From Iphione sp. A-MEVVRFRX5 (taxonomy: Eukaryota): a DNA stretch of 64,000 bases. The stretch is from positions 42,656,001 to 42,720,000 of the forward strand of contig OZ320322.1 in NCBI GenBank assembly GCA_976226885.1, given 5' to 3'. How positions within the stretch are numbered: position 1 is the stretch's first letter; each line of letters starts with the position of its first letter. Of this stretch, positions 59,597-64,000 are shown one piece after another. The position numbers and the translations under genes are program-made. The notes under the pieces are model-generated. The model was not told where the DNA came from. It was given only the letters and a program-made list of their open reading frames with translations, and ran no database searches.

Positions 59597-60271
59597 ATGC
59601 TATCTATGAAAGCACTACAAGCAACATCACGCGACATGCTCTGCCGGGTCCTTATTTTGGCAGATTCGAGAGGGAGGCAACTATACCGGCATATGGACTG
59701 GCGTTGGCTGTCTCATCATGGAATATCTCTTGAGATCAGCTATTGCCCAGGAGCTGATCTTAAAGATCTAGTAAACTGGATAAACCAATTCGACTTAAAT
59801 TTCTACCATGTAGTATATGCATTTGTTGGTGTAAATAGTTTGTGTCATAAAAACAAAGTCACACATAACTTGTCATTTGCCCACATCGATGCTGACCTAT
59901 TTGAATTATGGTTAGGTGCATATTTGTCTTTAATTAGAAACATCTTGATCCGTCGGAAAATCAGCTGTCGTTTTGGTTTTATGCCTGTCACCGGTATTAA
60001 TCTGGCCGTCTACAGCCCTGATACTTGTACTCGAGCTTTTCAAAAGGAAGTAAATAAATGCATTTTCGTCATGAATAATGCCTATAGAGCATTCAATATG
60101 TCAATGAATATTTTTACTCCAGCCACCGCTCAACCAATACATCGTCGGGATGGAGACCGATATCGCAGTAGGTACCAGGGGCTGTATGATGGCTGTCATC
60201 CCTCCGATGAAACCACATTGGACTGGGTGAGAAGTCTGGAAATGACCTTTCTGGTGATGTTCGGCATATAA
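59597..60271 (+). CDS. LINE ORF1: SGNH/GDSL-family esterase domain, 224 aa
   Basis: All four SGNH blocks in order: VLILADS (Ser24), CPGA (Gly52), FVGVNS (Asn80) and DGCHP (Asp198/His201). Position directly upstream of ORF2. Confidence 0.85.
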   Translation: MLSMKALQATSRDMLCRVLILADSRGRQLYRHMDWRWLSHHGISLEISYCPGADLKDLVNWINQFDLNFYHVVYAFVGVNSLCHKNKVTHNLSFAHIDADLFELWLGAYLSLIRNILIRRKISCRFGFMPVTGINLAVYSPDTCTRAFQKEVNKCIFVMNNAYRAFNMSMNIFTPATAQPIHRRDGDRYRSRYQGLYDGCHPSDETTLDWVRSLEMTFLVMFGI

Positions 60272-60327
60272 CCTAAGATTGCCATAGTTGTATTTGAGCT
60301 TGGGAGCTCGCTCATCCATTTAACTGC

Positions 60328-63168
60328 ATGTCAATGCTTATTGGTATACATATATTCGTCATGACTATTTTGCGTCTAGCATCGTGGAACTGTCGCAGCC
60401 TATTAGGCAAACTTTCTACCTTAGAGTTGATGTTACATCAGAACAACTTTGATATACTGGGTGTCACAGAAACCTGGTTGACACCATCGATACCAACTGG
60501 AGTTATAGATTTAAGACACTATTCCTGCTTAAAATTAGACCGGGACTTAACTGCCACAGGTAAGAAGAAAGGGGGCGGGGTAGCGTTGTTCTATCGTGAT
60601 GACTTCACTGGTGAAATTCTAGACAACTACTGTTCGTCTACTCAAGAGGGTGAAATCTTGACTTGTCGAATTACTCCAGGCAAGCGTAAAAACCAATACA
60701 TCATCTTAATATACCGGCCTCCTGGTGCCAGCCTTGAAAATTTTCTAGGCAGACTAGAAGGTATTGTTACTGCCATCAACCCTCATGGTGATAAATCAAT
60801 AGTTGTGATTGGTGACATGAACGTAAATTGGCTAAGGCAATCAGTAGAGAAAAGGCGGTGTACCAACTTTGCTGGTCAATTCTCGTTACGGCAGCTTATC
60901 ACTACCCCGACACATGAGAACTCGTCATGTCTTGATCACATCTATTCAAATGCAAACAGTAACAACGTTCATAAGAGTGGGGTCATTACAACTGGGAATA
61001 GTGACCATTATCCAGTGTACATTGACTTCAAGAAGGGGAAGCCTAAACAGGAAATTCAGCGGGTTTATGTAAGGGACTATAGAAAGCTTACATATGCCAA
61101 CCTTGCAGATGAGTTGCAAGACGTTGGCACTAGCATACTGGACACAGCAAGTGCTGAGGAGAAATGGAATCACTTCCGAGATTGTCTTGGGAAGGCCTTG
61201 GACAAACTCGCTCCCTATGTCTGGAAAAAGGTAAAAAGGGGTAAACTCTCATGGATAACCCCAGAGATTAAAAGCCTACAACGAGAACGAGACTATTTTC
61301 TTCGAAAATGGAGAAAATTTAAATCGTGCGATGCTAAAAGAATTGCCAATTTCTATCGCAATAGGGTGAATCATGCAATACGGTCCCTCAAAAGGAAGTT
61401 AATTGCTGATGAAATAGCCAAAAATCTACATTCCCCCACAAAACTGTGGTCAACACTAAACCGGGAAATCATGGGGAAAGCTAGGAGGGAAGCTGGCCTT
61501 AGACTCAGGGATGGTGGGGTCTTACACGACTTGAGTGAGAGCCCTGAACTCTTGAACAGCTGGTTTCTTGATAGTGTAGCAAAGGTGGCAGAAAACACAA
61601 ACCCCGTCATCCCAGCATGCACAAACAAACAACAGACTAGCTTCTTGAAGTTCAAAGAGGTCAGTGTTGAATCAGTTGTGAAACAGGTTCAGTCAATCAA
61701 AATAAGCAAACCCTCGGGTATAGCAGGGGTCAGAACAGCTGACCTCAAAAACGCGTTAATGATTACCATTCACTTCTTCACAGGGATTGTAAACAGTAGT
61801 CTTCGGGAAGGGGTCTTCCCGAGTACTATGAAGGAGGCAACAGTTGTCCCGCTCTTGAAAAAAGGATCAGCTCTAGACAAACGTAATTACAGACCAATAT
61901 CGCTTTTGCCTATTCCAGGTAAGCTACTGGAGAGACTCATGTTTGACCAGGTTACAACTTTTGCTGAGAATCAAGGACTGGTTTGTGACCAACAGTATGG
62001 CTTTCGAAAGGGAAGAGGGACGACTGTTGCCTGCGCGGCCCTGTTGAAAGACGTTATGGAGGCAAAAAATCAAGGTCGTTATGTTGCATGTGCTTTTCTT
62101 GACATGTCCAAGGCTTTCGACCTGGTGGACCACCGTTTGCTGGGTCGAAAGCTTTGGAACATGGGCTTTCAGGGTGATGTGCATAGATGGTTGACGTCCT
62201 ACTTGACAAATCGAAAACAGTCAGTCTTTTGTAATCGAGCTATCTCATCGCAAAAGAGTGTAGGCACAGGGGTCCCCCAGGGGTCCATTCTGGGCCCCTG
62301 GATGTTCCTTATGATCATCAATGATATCGTATTACAGAGTTTTCCTTGTAAAATCTTTGCATATGCAGACAACATCAGCATTATGGCCTGGGGCTGCAGT
62401 GCGTTAGCGTTGTCGTTAAAATTACAATGCACTCTGAGGAAGGTCCAACAATGGTGTCATGAAAATGGCTTAGTCTTGAATAAAGACAAGTGCAAGTATG
62501 TCTGTTTCGGTAAAGCAATACCTTACAATCTGGACCTAAGGATAGAGGGTAAACAAATCGGCAAAGTACAATCGCATACTTTTCTGGGGATTGAACTTGA
62601 TCAACGACTAAGTTTCAATAACTTTGTTGCAAAGAAAATTAGGAAGGTCAGTAACTCTGTTTTTCTAATTAGTAGGATGAGAGCGCTTTGCTCCTCTAAG
62701 CTTCAACTGATGCTGTTCAATGCCTATGTGTTACCACATTTCGAGTATGGGTTAGCCCTACTGGCAGGGGCGCCACAAACCCTGATGAACAAACTGCAAA
62801 AATCTTGGTATACTGCTCTAAAAAGATGTCTTATTGGACGTCTCTCAAGCAATGCCAGTGTAGACCGTTGGCTGTGTAAAAATAGGTTCTTGACCTTATC
62901 TGATCGTAGGGAAGTGTCTTTGATGATGCTGATGTATGATATGGTGTCATTATCTCTTTTTAAGAGGCAGCGTAGATCTATCACCAGATCTGACCAGCAA
63001 ATTCGGCTCACAATAGACTTTCCAAGGACATCTGCCTATAGACATAGCTTTGTCTACAGAGGGCTACTCAAATGGAACTCCTCGAGCCCAAGCATGAAGA
63101 TGATGGAAAAGAAGAATTTGAAACATTCACTTAGACAATCAATACTAAAGCGTACCACGCCTCAGTAA
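60328..63168 (+). CDS. LINE ORF2: apurinic-like endonuclease plus reverse transcriptase, 946 aa, with YADN in place of YADD
   Basis: EN motifs SWNCRSL, GVTETWL, GGGVAL, IYRPP, GDMNVN, LDHIY, SDHYPV. RT motifs YRPISLLP, QYGFRKG, DMSKAFDLVDH, GVPQGSILGP, YADN, FLGIELD. C-terminal SFVYRGLLKWN. Confidence 0.97.
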   Translation: MSMLIGIHIFVMTILRLASWNCRSLLGKLSTLELMLHQNNFDILGVTETWLTPSIPTGVIDLRHYSCLKLDRDLTATGKKKGGGVALFYRDDFTGEILDNYCSSTQEGEILTCRITPGKRKNQYIILIYRPPGASLENFLGRLEGIVTAINPHGDKSIVVIGDMNVNWLRQSVEKRRCTNFAGQFSLRQLITTPTHENSSCLDHIYSNANSNNVHKSGVITTGNSDHYPVYIDFKKGKPKQEIQRVYVRDYRKLTYANLADELQDVGTSILDTASAEEKWNHFRDCLGKALDKLAPYVWKKVKRGKLSWITPEIKSLQRERDYFLRKWRKFKSCDAKRIANFYRNRVNHAIRSLKRKLIADEIAKNLHSPTKLWSTLNREIMGKARREAGLRLRDGGVLHDLSESPELLNSWFLDSVAKVAENTNPVIPACTNKQQTSFLKFKEVSVESVVKQVQSIKISKPSGIAGVRTADLKNALMITIHFFTGIVNSSLREGVFPSTMKEATVVPLLKKGSALDKRNYRPISLLPIPGKLLERLMFDQVTTFAENQGLVCDQQYGFRKGRGTTVACAALLKDVMEAKNQGRYVACAFLDMSKAFDLVDHRLLGRKLWNMGFQGDVHRWLTSYLTNRKQSVFCNRAISSQKSVGTGVPQGSILGPWMFLMIINDIVLQSFPCKIFAYADNISIMAWGCSALALSLKLQCTLRKVQQWCHENGLVLNKDKCKYVCFGKAIPYNLDLRIEGKQIGKVQSHTFLGIELDQRLSFNNFVAKKIRKVSNSVFLISRMRALCSSKLQLMLFNAYVLPHFEYGLALLAGAPQTLMNKLQKSWYTALKRCLIGRLSSNASVDRWLCKNRFLTLSDRREVSLMMLMYDMVSLSLFKRQRRSITRSDQQIRLTIDFPRTSAYRHSFVYRGLLKWNSSSPSMKMMEKKNLKHSLRQSILKRTTPQ

Positions 63169-64000
63169 ACCTCGATGTATAATACTTCACTTAGTTTCGT
63201 TGTGAGCATCCTTTGTAAAACACCATGCTTGGTGACATTGTCTTGCTCAATAAAAATGATTTGACTTTGACTTTGAAAGATAGGATAATGGCACAGAAAT
63301 AAATTTCTTCTCTTGTGGGCTGGTCATGAGATGACGAAGATGGCCCCTCTCTTATAAGAAAAAGGTCATACTCGGGTTAAATGGCAAAAATACACACAAG
63401 AGGCAAGGATGAAAGTATTCACGAACTACTAACTGAGCCAGAAAACATGGCTCTATTCTATGAGAAAATCTTTATACATACATACACCTACAGGTCTTCA
63501 AAGGAATATGTTCTATGACAGTCTTTTCCATTTTAGGCGACGCGGAAGAGAGGGCCTGTCATATTTGGCTTACGATGAACTTGAAAAACACTAGGTCAGG
63601 TCAGAAATACTGGAGGAAGAGGATACAATAAAAACGGTGCACTCCCTGAACGAAAATCAAGATCGTTGGCCATCACCTCCTTCAAGTGCTACCTTTCTCT
63701 TTTGAAAAGTGTGCAGTATTCCTCTAGTGGCCGGAAGGTACATTCAACTCAATATTGACTCTCAGGTATGATAGCATAACTGTGGATTTCAACACCTTGT
63801 CGGATGTCATGTTTTATCAACATACATCATGTCAGAAGAGTTAGCTGTTGCTCTGATAATAATGGATACGGGTTTAAATGAAGCGATCGAGGTTGCGATC
63901 CAGCAGGAAGCAAATATCACACGTTTCTTTGCCTGCAGATTTGCCTGTTCCATTCTTACGAAACGCTTCCTTGAATGTCAGTGAGGAAGATGTCGTCCAT

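Larger units (their letters stand above)
59431..63276 (+). mobile_element. Near full-length non-LTR retrotransposon (CR1/L2/Crack-like group): esterase ORF1, APE-RT ORF2, AATAAA, (TTTGAC)n tail
   Basis: Two tandem open ORFs, short 3' UTR, AATAAA at 63249-63254, tail TTTGACTTTGACTTTGA at 63260-63276. No TSD identified; the 5' boundary is set at the end of the preceding element's tail. Confidence 0.93.

Noticed and set aside
60101-63011. Antisense ORFs overlapping LINE ORF1/ORF2 (e.g. 61371-61655, 62724-63011)
   Set aside because: Expected shadow ORFs of a long coding strand; no independent motifs.

Overview
Eukaryotic (animal, probably invertebrate) non-genic DNA dominated by transposable elements. 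I found no intact host gene, rRNA, true tRNA or CRISPR array. Main contents: (1) a near full-length non-LTR retrotransposon (CR1/L2/Crack-like group; ~59.4-63.3 kb, +) with an SGNH-esterase-only ORF1 and an open 946-aa APE-endonuclease/RT ORF2 whose catalytic YADD reads YADN; (2) at least nine further truncated or decayed LINE pieces from divergent families, many ending in AATAAA plus a short tandem tail, three sharing a CTCTG/C(A/G)GAG 3' hairpin; (3) a PIF/Harbinger element (~32.07-35.26 kb) with a four-exon HARBI1-like transposase pseudogene and a fragment of a convergent partner gene; (4) a complete TA-flanked pogo/Tigger-like non-autonomous element (25132-26516); (5) the 3' part of a decayed, possibly Sola-like transposase element (~52.6-54.1 kb); (6) three divergent CCCAGC(A/C)AAC-ended TIR elements, each carrying an internal tRNA-like A-box/B-box cassette. 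Item 6 is the best candidate for something undescribed. Several unidentified decayed ORF-like tracts and weak immune-domain-like remnants (Ig, CARD, P-loop, OTU) are reported at low confidence. I cannot support a firm claim of a new biological system from sequence alone. Boundaries of decayed elements are approximate, and family names come from motif recognition, not database searches.
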